64,000 bases of DNA from a virus (lineage: Duplodnaviria; Caudoviricetes). The position numbers were made by a program, and so were the translations under genes. The stretch spans positions 1 to 64,000 of IMG/VR virus record IMGVR_UViG_3300049201_000008; one strand, given 5' to 3'. This document shows, in pieces, positions 9,403 through 17,308 of this stretch. The notes beneath the pieces were generated by a model that made no database searches, had not been told where the DNA came from, and worked only from the letters and a program-made list of their open reading frames with translations. Position 1 is the stretch's first letter; every line of letters begins with the position of its first letter.

Positions 9403-9701
9403 TTGCTTGCCCGTTTCTTCGCCCTTGGGGCGCGGGGTGGCTTTGCAATGGCAACCGGCTCGGGGACATCAACCTCTTCACCAACATCGTCATGGACGAC
9501 GGCGACGGCGTCCCTGAATTCACTCACGAGCATGCCAAGTTCCGCCGCCTGCGTTTCCAGCCCTGCCATTTGACCGGCCAGGCCCTCGATCTCGCCAGCC
9601 AGTTCGCGCAACTCCCTGTCACGCTTGAGCAGTTCGTCGCGCTTGGCGTCGATTTCAGATGAGAGCGACTTGCCCTTTTCGATGATGGATTCGAGTTTCA
9701 T
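9399..9701 (-). CDS. Coiled-coil hypothetical protein
   Basis: 100 aa heptad-rich with basic tail; GAGG RBS. Confidence 0.65.
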   Translation of the reverse strand: MKLESIIEKGKSLSSEIDAKRDELLKRDRELRELAGEIEGLAGQMAGLETQAAELGMLVSEFRDAVAVVHDDVGEEVDVPEPVAIAKPPRAPRAKKRASK

Positions 9702-9869
9702 GACGATTTGCCTCTTGTCATGTTGGTGGATATCCGGCGCGTGTCAATTCCTGCGTATGATGGCCGGGGGACTAGAACGGCAGGTGGCCGCAGAGCTTCT
9801 TAGGCGCGCGATCGACAGCATTGACCTTCCCCGCCGGGGAGAAAGGAGGAGTTTCCGCCACCCGACCAA

Positions 9870-10325
9870 TTACGCGTTCGTAAGGGCCGAAGACATGACG
9901 AAGCGGCCGTTCGGCAGTCTAAGCCCAAGGAATGCCGCTTCTGTGCCAGTGTCCGTCCATGTGAGATCGATGTCGCCATCTGCTTCTGACGTGGCGATGA
10001 AATACTTCTTCGCGACAACAGTGAGCAGCGCGCCATCCGTGCCGATCGCGATGCCCGTCGAGCCGCCAGTCACCACAAACGCCAGCCTGTCAGCAGTCAG
10101 GAACATCATGATCTCAACCGTCTCGACATAGTCGATGTCGTTGCCGGCGGCGTCCTTGAGTTGGATCGTGATCGTACGAACATTCGTGTCTTCTGCGCTG
10201 ACCGAAATCGATGCATCAACGCACGGCCGGGTGATCTGAAAACCGTTCGACTTCAGTTCGTTGTATGCGCCGATCCGCAGCCGCCGGCCATGGACGGAAA
10301 TTTCCGATCGTGCTTGAGTGGTCAT
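9870..10325 (-). CDS. Putative virion structural/decoration protein
   Basis: 151 aa beta-rich, Thr/Gly/Ala-rich; AAAGGA RBS; adjacent to spike-base-like gene. Confidence 0.5.
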   Translation of the reverse strand: MTTQARSEISVHGRRLRIGAYNELKSNGFQITRPCVDASISVSAEDTNVRTITIQLKDAAGNDIDYVETVEIMMFLTADRLAFVVTGGSTGIAIGTDGALLTVVAKKYFIATSEADGDIDLTWTDTGTEAAFLGLRLPNGRFVMSSALTNA

Positions 10326-10374
10326 CGTCGTTATCCTTTGCTGTTGCTATGACGATTTGTCGGGAGGGCGAAGT

Positions 10375-10647
10375 CTAATACCCGGCATACAGCCCCATGG
10401 ACGCCGTCGTGCCGCTGTTGCGGACAATCTTGACATTCCATGGGTAATCTTGGCCGGCATTCATGTAGCGGGTGACGTCGGCACTGCCACCTTCAAGGCG
10501 CATGACAACGGTTCCGGAGACGTTGCAGCCCAAAGAGCGAGAAACTCTCGCTAGAGTCACGTCGCCACCGCTGTAATCAATGGCGATCATGTCCTGAATT
10601 CCAGCCAAGAATTCCACCGAGCTGCGAGAGGTCTTGTTGGCAACCAT
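10375..10647 (-). CDS. Head-spike base protein, RcGTA Rcc01079-like
   Basis: 90 aa; pattern SRSLGCNVSGTVVMRL...AGQDYPWNVKIVRNSGTTA resembles the spike-base family. Confidence 0.6.
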   Translation of the reverse strand: MVANKTSRSSVEFLAGIQDMIAIDYSGGDVTLARVSRSLGCNVSGTVVMRLEGGSADVTRYMNAGQDYPWNVKIVRNSGTTASMGLYAGY

Positions 10648-10721
10648 GTCTCAATCCTTGTCTGCAGGTTTGATTGGCTTGGGGCGGCCGTAGAACCATG
10701 GCCCAAGCCACCCAGGCTTAT

Positions 10722-11036
10722 TCATCTCGCCAAAGCCTCTGCAACGGCGGCATACGGACAGCGCAGCAGGGCGCCGATTTTCTCAATCGTGAGGCCTTTA
10801 GCTGCGAGGCGCTTCACCTCGGCCACCGGAGCTCTGATTTCAGGCTCTACCTTTGCGTTTGGCTTTGATGTCATCTCCACGATATCGCCTCTGCGGACAC
10901 CGTGAGTATGAACCAGGCTGCTGACATTGTGCCGTGTGATCTCGTATTTTTCGGCAATGTCAGCGACCTTCATTCCTTCGGCGAATGCCTGCAGGACGAG
11001 ATCGGTTTTGGGGCTCCTGACGTTGCTCACTTGCAT
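10722..11036 (-). CDS. HTH-containing hypothetical protein
   Basis: GMKVADIAEKYEITRHNV and GLTIEKIGALL, two HTH-like segments. Confidence 0.6.
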   Translation of the reverse strand: MQVSNVRSPKTDLVLQAFAEGMKVADIAEKYEITRHNVSSLVHTHGVRRGDIVEMTSKPNAKVEPEIRAPVAEVKRLAAKGLTIEKIGALLRCPYAAVAEALAR

Positions 11037-11284
11037 CTTTCCCAGATCGTAAACAGCCCGACGTATTGCTTGCGCCCGTCTGGATACATCAGGAGGCGGT
11101 AGCGTGTGGTGCCTTCCAAGCAGAGCGGCTTTGCCTTATCGCGCTCCTTGGCGATCTGTGGGCGAATAGATAGTGGTTCAGCGTCGGGGCGAACAGCAGC
11201 GTGAGACGGCGTAACGTACGCAAGGATCAGAAGTCCAAGCGCGAACAGCAACAGCAAGCCCCAAAGCAACCGGTTCAAGCGCAA
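11027..11284 (-). CDS. Secreted/membrane hypothetical protein
   Basis: N-terminal hydrophobic signal ending HAA; 85 aa. Confidence 0.6.
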   Translation of the reverse strand: MRLNRLLWGLLLLFALGLLILAYVTPSHAAVRPDAEPLSIRPQIAKERDKAKPLCLEGTTRYRLLMYPDGRKQYVGLFTIWERCK

Positions 11285-11517
11285 TAATCCTCGTAACTCT
11301 CATAAACCATGACGCCGTCCACCATCTTCCGGCGGGGCTTTGGCCAGCCCATTTCGCCACGGACGAAGCTTTCACGCTGTAGGCGGTGCATTTCGTCCAG
11401 TTCGGCTTGGGGCATGGCGGCAACGCGGGCTTTGGCTGCGGCGAATAGTTTGGTGAGGCCATCCCGTTCCGTTCCCTGCCTCATCAGCACGTTGCCGTCT
11501 ACGTTGTGCGGGATCAT
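11275..11517 (-). CDS. Hypothetical protein
   Basis: 80 aa, coupled overlaps. Confidence 0.6.
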   Translation of the reverse strand: MIPHNVDGNVLMRQGTERDGLTKLFAAAKARVAAMPQAELDEMHRLQRESFVRGEMGWPKPRRKMVDGVMVYESYEDYCA

Positions 11518-11828
11518 CGCGGCGAACCAATCTGCGCAGGCCGCGCCTTGAGGATGTCCACACGTTTGCCAAGTTCGATCATTGCCGCTGTCATCCGGTT
11601 TTGCGACTGCAGGCGCTCATATTGGACAAAGGCTTGCGCCAGGGTAATGGCGATGAACACGAGCATGATCAAGCCCAACCAACGCTGCAGGAGCGCTGCG
11701 AACGCCTCGATTACCGCCACGAAACGCCATTTACGGCGACCAAAATGACAGTCATTGATCACCACATTTTCAGAGTGATCGATCACGACGCCCGGAAGCG
11801 ATGCAAAGTCATGATTGCGCAATATCAC
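11514..11828 (-). CDS. Membrane hypothetical protein
   Basis: 104 aa with one TM segment (WLGLIMLVFIAITLA). Confidence 0.6.
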   Translation of the reverse strand: MILRNHDFASLPGVVIDHSENVVINDCHFGRRKWRFVAVIEAFAALLQRWLGLIMLVFIAITLAQAFVQYERLQSQNRMTAAMIELGKRVDILKARPAQIGSPR

Positions 11829-12007
11829 GCCACCACCTCATAGCCCACGATCCGGGCCAAGCCCTTTTCGTGCCAATGCCACCAATCCCGGGAACCGCAG
11901 AACCAATCCCGGGCTTTGCCGACGATCGGCTCCTCCCAGACATTCACCTTGACGCGGACAATGGTTTCACCGTCCACAGGGCATTTGCCGCCGTTCCAAG
12001 TCTTCAT
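11825..12007 (-). CDS. Hypothetical phage protein
   Basis: WNGGKCPVDGETIVRVK...W motif common in phage small proteins. Confidence 0.65.
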   Translation of the reverse strand: MKTWNGGKCPVDGETIVRVKVNVWEEPIVGKARDWFCGSRDWWHWHEKGLARIVGYEVVA

Positions 12008-12103
12008 CTGTCACCTGTTTTGGGGTGATGCCCTGCAGGGGGTAAAAGTACCCGGGGAACCGAGATTTTCAGGCTCTCCGGGGTGATGCCCAATCGGACA
12101 TTT

Positions 12104-12253
12104 TCAGGCCGCTTCGGTGAAATCCAGATAGTACTGTTTGCCGGGCTCAAATTGGATTGCAGCGCTCGGATTGTCGACCGTCATCCGAAGCTCGCCCCAT
12201 GGCAGGGCATACTGCGAAGCGCTGATCCTATACCCGGCAACACAGCGCACCAT
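12104..12253 (-). pseudogene. Short or degraded conserved phage ORF (49 aa)
   Basis: Not in ORF track; C-terminus PWGELRMTVDNPSAAIQFEPGKQYYLDFTEAA resembles a common phage small protein; N-terminus looks shortened. Confidence 0.5.
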
Positions 12254-12310
12254 TCCAAACTATAAACTGGCACTCTCACCTTATAGGGAAAGGCCGGTTT
12301 GCTATAAGGT

Positions 12311-12407
12311 TGGAGCGGGAGCCGGCATTTGCAGCCACCATTGTCGAGATGCCGAGAAGGGTGATCAAGTCCAACCGAGCATTCGTTATGCGCGTCTAGC
12401 GCCCCGC
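12311..12407 (-). ncRNA. Degenerate tRNA-like element
   Basis: GCGGGG...CTCCCGC-T-CCA acceptor-like stem, TGGC-TGCAAAT-GCCG T-arm-like hairpin, TCGG-CATC-TCGA variable-arm-like hairpin; anticodon arm non-canonical. Confidence 0.3.
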
Positions 12408-12850
12408 GAATTCTGTGCGAGTACTTTCCTCACTGTCACCAACCCGCCTTGGTTTCGCCTGCCGCTCGGTCGCGAACCGAGATCATGACGACGGGGACGA
12501 AGGAGCCGAAGGACGGCCTTTGGTACAATCCCGTTCTCTTTGCCCGTTAGGGCGATTGGCGCGGCCTACACGCCGCGAAACTGGTCTGGTGGCTATCGTC
12601 ATCGGCTATTGTCGGCGGTTAACCCTATCGTTGCCAACTATTGTCGCCTGGCCGCCTACCCCAGGTGCCTGCATGGAACCACCATACCGCCCGCCCAGAG
12701 TGCGCACCCCAGATATCGTTGCCCAATCGGGCGAAACTTAGGGCTCTCAGCCGCAAACACGTTAGCGCGCCTCGCCCCGTCCAGACACTTAAGCCTCTTC
12801 ATGATGGCGGTTCTGGCGTACCATCAGGCGTGATAGGCTCTGAGAAATAA

Positions 12851-12900
12851 GCGGGCGCCGTCTCCGGCCTTACCTTTCGGCGATCTTGCGACCCACCCGC
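12851..12900 (-). ncRNA. Four-way-junction RNA structure with three GNRA tetraloops
   Basis: GCGGGT G GGTC-GCAA-GATC GCC-GAAA-GGT AAG GCCG-GAGA-CGGC GCCCGC. Confidence 0.55.
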
Positions 12901-12971
12901 GAAATCAATCCCAAACTATGCACAGAATGCCGAAAACGGCAGTAGGTTATGCACGGCCATGGGCACTGTTG

Positions 12972-13709
12972 TTATGCCGCCTGCTGCTCTTTGCGCTTTC
13001 GTTCGCGAGCGCGGCGCTGATCGTTTCTCATCTTGTCCGGGTTGAACCGGCTTGCCTTCCAGAACTCGCCCGTGAAGTAGTTCGGATCGCTCCAACTAAA
13101 TTCGCGCTGTTCGTCTAGGATGTCCTCTTTATCGCCGAAATCAGGGTACTCTTGCAAGGTGCAAGATTGCAGCTTTCGTATATCTGCCAACGTGTTGCGA
13201 AGAAAAATTGCTTCGATGCATGAAATGGCGACATCTTTTCTGATCGCCCCGGTGTTTCGGTGGATGCCTTCGACATCCTTGCACCACCTGCTAAACGAGA
13301 TACGCTTCATCACCGTCTCCATGGAGAACAGTTCGCAAATCTTGCCCTTATGGTTGGCCTGCGAATTGAATCTAGTCTCGACTGCCTTCGCGGTCCGCAA
13401 GACTTTGGCCTCCGACATAGCCCACGCCCACAGGCAGCGGCGATCTCGTTCGCGCGGCACGAAGGTCATCAACTCGTTGCATAGTTCCCATTGAGAGATT
13501 TCGGCCTTGCGGAGGCGGGTAGTGCGATGAGACAAGAAGTCGGCGCGCTCTTCCTGATAGCGTTCCGCTCCCCATCCGTTGACGTCGATCTCGCTGTGGT
13601 AATAGGGGACAGCTTGCGCTTTCAGTCGAGCCGGCCTTGCTGTGTCTGGCAGGCGCGCGTCTGTTTCCGCAGCGGAAATAAATAGCTCTTCGATCTGTTC
13701 CGGGGTCAC
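12972..13709 (-). CDS. Putative late transcriptional regulator (Q-like position; DUF6362-like N-terminus)
   Basis: 245 aa; IEELFISAAETDARLPD N-terminus; last early-middle gene before a ~700-nt leader and the late genes. Confidence 0.5.
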   Translation of the reverse strand: MTPEQIEELFISAAETDARLPDTARPARLKAQAVPYYHSEIDVNGWGAERYQEERADFLSHRTTRLRKAEISQWELCNELMTFVPRERDRRCLWAWAMSEAKVLRTAKAVETRFNSQANHKGKICELFSMETVMKRISFSRWCKDVEGIHRNTGAIRKDVAISCIEAIFLRNTLADIRKLQSCTLQEYPDFGDKEDILDEQREFSWSDPNYFTGEFWKASRFNPDKMRNDQRRARERKRKEQQAA

Positions 13710-13712
13710 GTC

Positions 13713-14132
13713 TCAAGCCTCCAAGAGTTCTGGCTGGCCATATACGCGGCGAAGCCGTTCATAAACCATTCCACTCAGCGCGTCCCGCCGCTTCACTGTG
13801 CCGCGAAGACCCTGTGAGACATAATGTAGGTATCCCACGGGTATTTTGTCCCACACAGAAAGCCACAGGCTCGCATCACGCTCGATTTCGTCTCGGAATG
13901 CCATCACCATGTCCGAGCACATCCAAAGGCCAATTTCATCGACAACAGCCTTATTGTTGGAGGTATCCGCCAACGTCCGAAGCACTAATCTCATATGTTC
14001 TTCACCGTATCGATCGATAATCCGGCGGATGGTGTTGATTGCGCGCGTCTGCCCGAGACGGGGATAGGCTGTGCCTTCGATGGCTTCTATCCCCACCTCT
14101 GCACATAGGGCCGAGACACGCGGATCAATCAC
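13713..14132 (-). CDS. Conserved hypothetical protein of rhizobial phages
   Basis: GTG start after GAGGGAG; MIDPRVSALC...GQTRAINTIRRII; 139 aa. Confidence 0.7.
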   Translation of the reverse strand: MIDPRVSALCAEVGIEAIEGTAYPRLGQTRAINTIRRIIDRYGEEHMRLVLRTLADTSNNKAVVDEIGLWMCSDMVMAFRDEIERDASLWLSVWDKIPVGYLHYVSQGLRGTVKRRDALSGMVYERLRRVYGQPELLEA

Positions 14133-14145
14133 GCTTTCGGCTCCC

Positions 14146-14679
14146 TCACGTGTCGATAGACTCAAATCGCTTCGGCTGCTCTTCCTGCTGCGGCTTGTCG
14201 GGCAACACCTTGGGCTGAGGAAGGGCGTAGAACTCCGGCGGTTTTTTCTTGTCCCAGCTAAATTCGAACGGCGGCATTTTGAGCCGGAGATCGCCCTTTT
14301 TCCCGTTCTGCTGTTCGTCAAGAAGCTCTTGGAGTTTGTCCGACATCTTCTTATCCCAAGGAAGCCGGTAATGTCGGGGGACGTCGCCGGTATCCAGCAG
14401 CACGTAGATTCCCTCGTTGACAACCATCTTGGAGCCGATCACCTGCCAGTCGCCGGGAGGGGCATTGAGGCCGGCAATCAATGGAACCGGCCATCCCAAG
14501 GTAAACGACAGGGCGGCGACAACAACAGGAGCGGCCACGAGGAACCCCGCCACAGAAATCCATCGTGTCTTTGTCTCCCGCCTTGACCAGATGGCAAACA
14601 TTGCCAGCAGCCCACAGACGAAGATGAGGATCATTGCCGGGGCAAACACTTCATTCGGAACCATATTCATCATGTGCAT
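14146..14679 (-). CDS. Membrane protein with Pro/Lys-rich C-terminus (third subunit of ExbB-like module)
   Basis: Two N-terminal TM helices, soluble domain, PPEFYALPQPKVLPDKP tail; coupled to upstream gene. Confidence 0.75.
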   Translation of the reverse strand: MHMMNMVPNEVFAPAMILIFVCGLLAMFAIWSRRETKTRWISVAGFLVAAPVVVAALSFTLGWPVPLIAGLNAPPGDWQVIGSKMVVNEGIYVLLDTGDVPRHYRLPWDKKMSDKLQELLDEQQNGKKGDLRLKMPPFEFSWDKKKPPEFYALPQPKVLPDKPQQEEQPKRFESIDT

Positions 14680-15284
14680 TACCCCTTCTTTGCCGAGCGC
14701 AGCGGGCGGTAGATTGAATTGAGAGAGGCGTCATCGATCTTGCCGCCAGCGTCGATCTTGAACGAAACGGCGGTGCGTTCCTGCCCCGGCTTGGACAGCA
14801 CAACCCTTGTCGTCAGAAGGATTTTGGTGGCGGATTTGTTATCCTTCTCGCCCGTGCCTGGGTTGATCGAGACCTCAACGTCGACGGGAACCGGGAATAC
14901 CTTGCAGGAATAGCAGTGCAGATTCAGCCAGTAAGTCCCCGGCACAATGCCGCGCGTGTATGCGTTCTCGAAGTTGAATTTCATGGCGTCTGGCCAGTTG
15001 CCGAGATCATCGCGCAATAGGTTCCAGAGGACGCCGCCTTTGTTAGAATAGCCTATAGGAACAGGCTCGCCCGGACCCGTCACCCACAAGTCGACGTCGG
15101 TGTTTCCCTCCGGCCACGTCACGTTGACCATGAGGTTGCCGGGAGGCTCCGCTTGGGCTGTGGCCTTGGCTGTCTCCACTTTGATCAGCAGAAAGACGAT
15201 AACGACCATGAAGACAAGGCCGATGATCGTGTTCATCAGGATGTCGCGATAGGCGACGGAATTGACTTCGTCGGCGCTCTTCAT
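14679..15284 (-). CDS. MotB/ExbD-like single-TM protein with YfaP/DUF2135-like periplasmic domain
   Basis: AYRDILMNTIIGLVFMVVIVFLLI (Asp at TM start); VTWP..NTDVDLWVTGP...RDD...NFEN. Confidence 0.7.
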   Translation of the reverse strand: MKSADEVNSVAYRDILMNTIIGLVFMVVIVFLLIKVETAKATAQAEPPGNLMVNVTWPEGNTDVDLWVTGPGEPVPIGYSNKGGVLWNLLRDDLGNWPDAMKFNFENAYTRGIVPGTYWLNLHCYSCKVFPVPVDVEVSINPGTGEKDNKSATKILLTTRVVLSKPGQERTAVSFKIDAGGKIDDASLNSIYRPLRSAKKG

Positions 15285-15286
15285 GG

Positions 15287-15832
15287 CTATTCACCCGCGA
15301 CCGCATGCCAGACATTCGCCGTTTCGGCGTCTCTTTCGAGCAGAGATGTCGCCGTTGTCAAAATCCGATAGTTGATTAACACCCAAAGTCCAAGTGCCGT
15401 GCCAATAAGGGTGTTGTTGAAGGCAAATTTCATCCCCGTCATCATCCCGCCGATCGCGAGCATCGCCTGATCCGCTCCGCCGGACAGATCGATCTTGGAT
15501 ACTGCCATGGTGAAACCGACGATATTGCCGATCAGCCCCAAGGTGACCAGCCAACTGCCGATGTCTCCGATATGGGCGTTCTTGATGGCGATCTTGGATG
15601 CGTCGAAAGTGCCATCTCTCTTAAGCGTATTGAGGCCCTTGCTGACCTTCGATGCTCGAATGAACGTAGATACCAGCCCGACCGCAAACAGCGCCAGCAT
15701 CGCCAACGGCAGTTCCATGGCACTGTTGTCGAGAAGCTTTTGAACGTAGCCCGATGCAAATCCCCACGCAACCAGCGCGAAGGCGAGCGCGTTCAGGATC
15801 ATCAGGCGATAGAGGAGCAAATTCTTGAGCAT
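15287..15832 (-). CDS. MotA/TolQ/ExbB proton-channel family protein
   Basis: 181 aa, about 4 TM; LGLIGNIVGF and GMKFAFNNTLIG match the ExbB channel helices; AAGGAG 7 nt upstream of ATG. Confidence 0.8.
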   Translation of the reverse strand: MLKNLLLYRLMILNALAFALVAWGFASGYVQKLLDNSAMELPLAMLALFAVGLVSTFIRASKVSKGLNTLKRDGTFDASKIAIKNAHIGDIGSWLVTLGLIGNIVGFTMAVSKIDLSGGADQAMLAIGGMMTGMKFAFNNTLIGTALGLWVLINYRILTTATSLLERDAETANVWHAVAGE

Positions 15833-15913
15833 GCGCATTCTCCTTTTCCTATGGCCTGTTGATCTCAACCGCCGCCCAGCAGGTCCGCCCTGGGTAAGTG
15901 GCTACTCGTTTAC

Positions 15914-16285
15914 TTAAATTCCGGCCGCCCTCTCGATTGCCTGCCGTTTGCAGCGCGCCCACAGGATACCGTCTGCGGCGTCGATCCTGTTCAGCCGCGC
16001 CCCATCGCTGGTCCTTTTCTCCATACTCCGCAGCCTTGCCCGCCGCCGCTTTAATGCCCGTGGCACAAGTCTCCAATGGTCCTCACAGAGCCATTCCATG
16101 CCGAGTCGAAGGAGATCACCCTTGCGGTCACCCCGCGTGCGGCGGCACAGAGGGACGACACAAGCAATCCGTCGTTCTTCCTCGATCACCGTCGCAACGC
16201 CGCATCCATCGCATTGATAGGTGTATAGCCATGGTGTGCGCCGGAAATGGCCGCGATGGCAAAGGCCGCAGATGTGATCGGTCAT
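15914..16285 (-). CDS. Cys-rich (Zn-binding) hypothetical protein
   Basis: CGLC, CDGC, C..PLC, CEDHW motifs. Confidence 0.6.
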   Translation of the reverse strand: MTDHICGLCHRGHFRRTPWLYTYQCDGCGVATVIEEERRIACVVPLCRRTRGDRKGDLLRLGMEWLCEDHWRLVPRALKRRRARLRSMEKRTSDGARLNRIDAADGILWARCKRQAIERAAGI

Positions 16286-16548
16286 TGCCGCAGTCCTGGT
16301 GCGTCCATAATGTTGGACTTCTCATCAACGACGAGCATGATACCGTCCTTCGTCATCGCCGATTTCACAACGCATTGACGAGCGTGATCCGCGTCGGTGA
16401 TGAGGGCTGAGCCGCCCAGCCGCACCAACAAGCCGGCGATGACGCGCTGCATGAACTCTGGAAGCTGCATAAGTTCGTTTAGTTCGTTGCCAGTCGGCTC
16501 ACGGCGCATGTTGCTTGCCACGGCTCTACGATCCTTCCTGTTTGTCAT
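16282..16548 (-). CDS. Hypothetical protein
   Basis: MTNRKDRR, 88 aa; AAGGA RBS. Confidence 0.6.
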   Translation of the reverse strand: MTNRKDRRAVASNMRREPTGNELNELMQLPEFMQRVIAGLLVRLGGSALITDADHARQCVVKSAMTKDGIMLVVDEKSNIMDAPGLRQ

Positions 16549-16829
16549 TGCCCTGTCCTTTCGATTGATACCTTCGCGAAACTCGCCTCTCCAGCCCATC
16601 CACTATCGCCGCCGCTGCTCTCGTAGAGCGCATAGGCTTCGGGAAGGTATTGATCGGCCCATGAACGGCCATTGCCGAGCGAGGTGCCGAGAAAGGCGTT
16701 ATCGTCCAACATCGCCAGAGTCTCCGCTATCGGCAGCAGCTTGGCGCGCTCTGCATCGGTGAAGGATTCGACTGGTCGCCATCCTTCTGCGGGTTTGGGA
16801 ATGCGGTAGCCGGGAGGGCGGCGCGTCAT
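16545..16829 (-). CDS. Hypothetical protein
   Basis: 94 aa, coupled overlaps. Confidence 0.55.
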   Translation of the reverse strand: MTRRPPGYRIPKPAEGWRPVESFTDAERAKLLPIAETLAMLDDNAFLGTSLGNGRSWADQYLPEAYALYESSGGDSGWAGEASFAKVSIERTGQ

Positions 16830-17308
16830 TGGCTGGACCTCTTCGTCTCAACCTGTCGGACAGCCCATAAACAAGTAGTATGGTCGCGACCGCCAAACAT
16901 CCGCCCCAACTGCGGAAAACTGACATGTGGAAATTTCTGTTTGATTTCCCAGATCAGCAGTTGGCGAGCGGCGACTACGCTCCGGCCACGGTATGGCCCA
17001 ACCATATCCTGATAGGTGAACCCGAGTTCCTTCGCCCGACGCTTCAAGTACCGCACTGGCGATGTTTGCTGTCGCTGCTCCGCATGCCACGCATCGATGT
17101 GGGCGGTGAATTCGATATCGCCACGCTTCCATAGCGGCATTGGGGTGGGCTTGGGCCGTTCGATAATGCGAGCCACGACGATGACAGGCTCCGCAGGCGG
17201 TGGGGCGTCCGTTGCTGGCACCTTTACGCCCATTAGCCTTCTACGGCATTCTGCATGGGCTGCCCGCTGTGCTGCTTCGATAGGGCCGATGGGTTGGGGA
17301 TGGATCAT
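16826..17308 (-). CDS. DnaA C-terminal-like HTH domain protein
   Basis: RSVVAARQLLIW....PHVSFPQLGRMFGGRDHTTCLWAVR. Confidence 0.85.
   Translation of the reverse strand: MIHPQPIGPIEAAQRAAHAECRRRLMGVKVPATDAPPPAEPVIVVARIIERPKPTPMPLWKRGDIEFTAHIDAWHAEQRQQTSPVRYLKRRAKELGFTYQDMVGPYRGRSVVAARQLLIWEIKQKFPHVSFPQLGRMFGGRDHTTCLWAVRQVETKRSSQ

Noticed and set aside
13713-14423. 236-aa ORF as listed in the track
   Set aside because: The first ~97 codons overlap the upstream membrane gene; a GTG at 14132 with a good SD gives the more plausible 139-aa protein.
14679-15832. Zorya (ZorAB) defence system
   Set aside because: The B subunit lacks an OmpA peptidoglycan-binding domain, the A subunit lacks the long cytoplasmic tail, and no ZorC/D/E genes are present.
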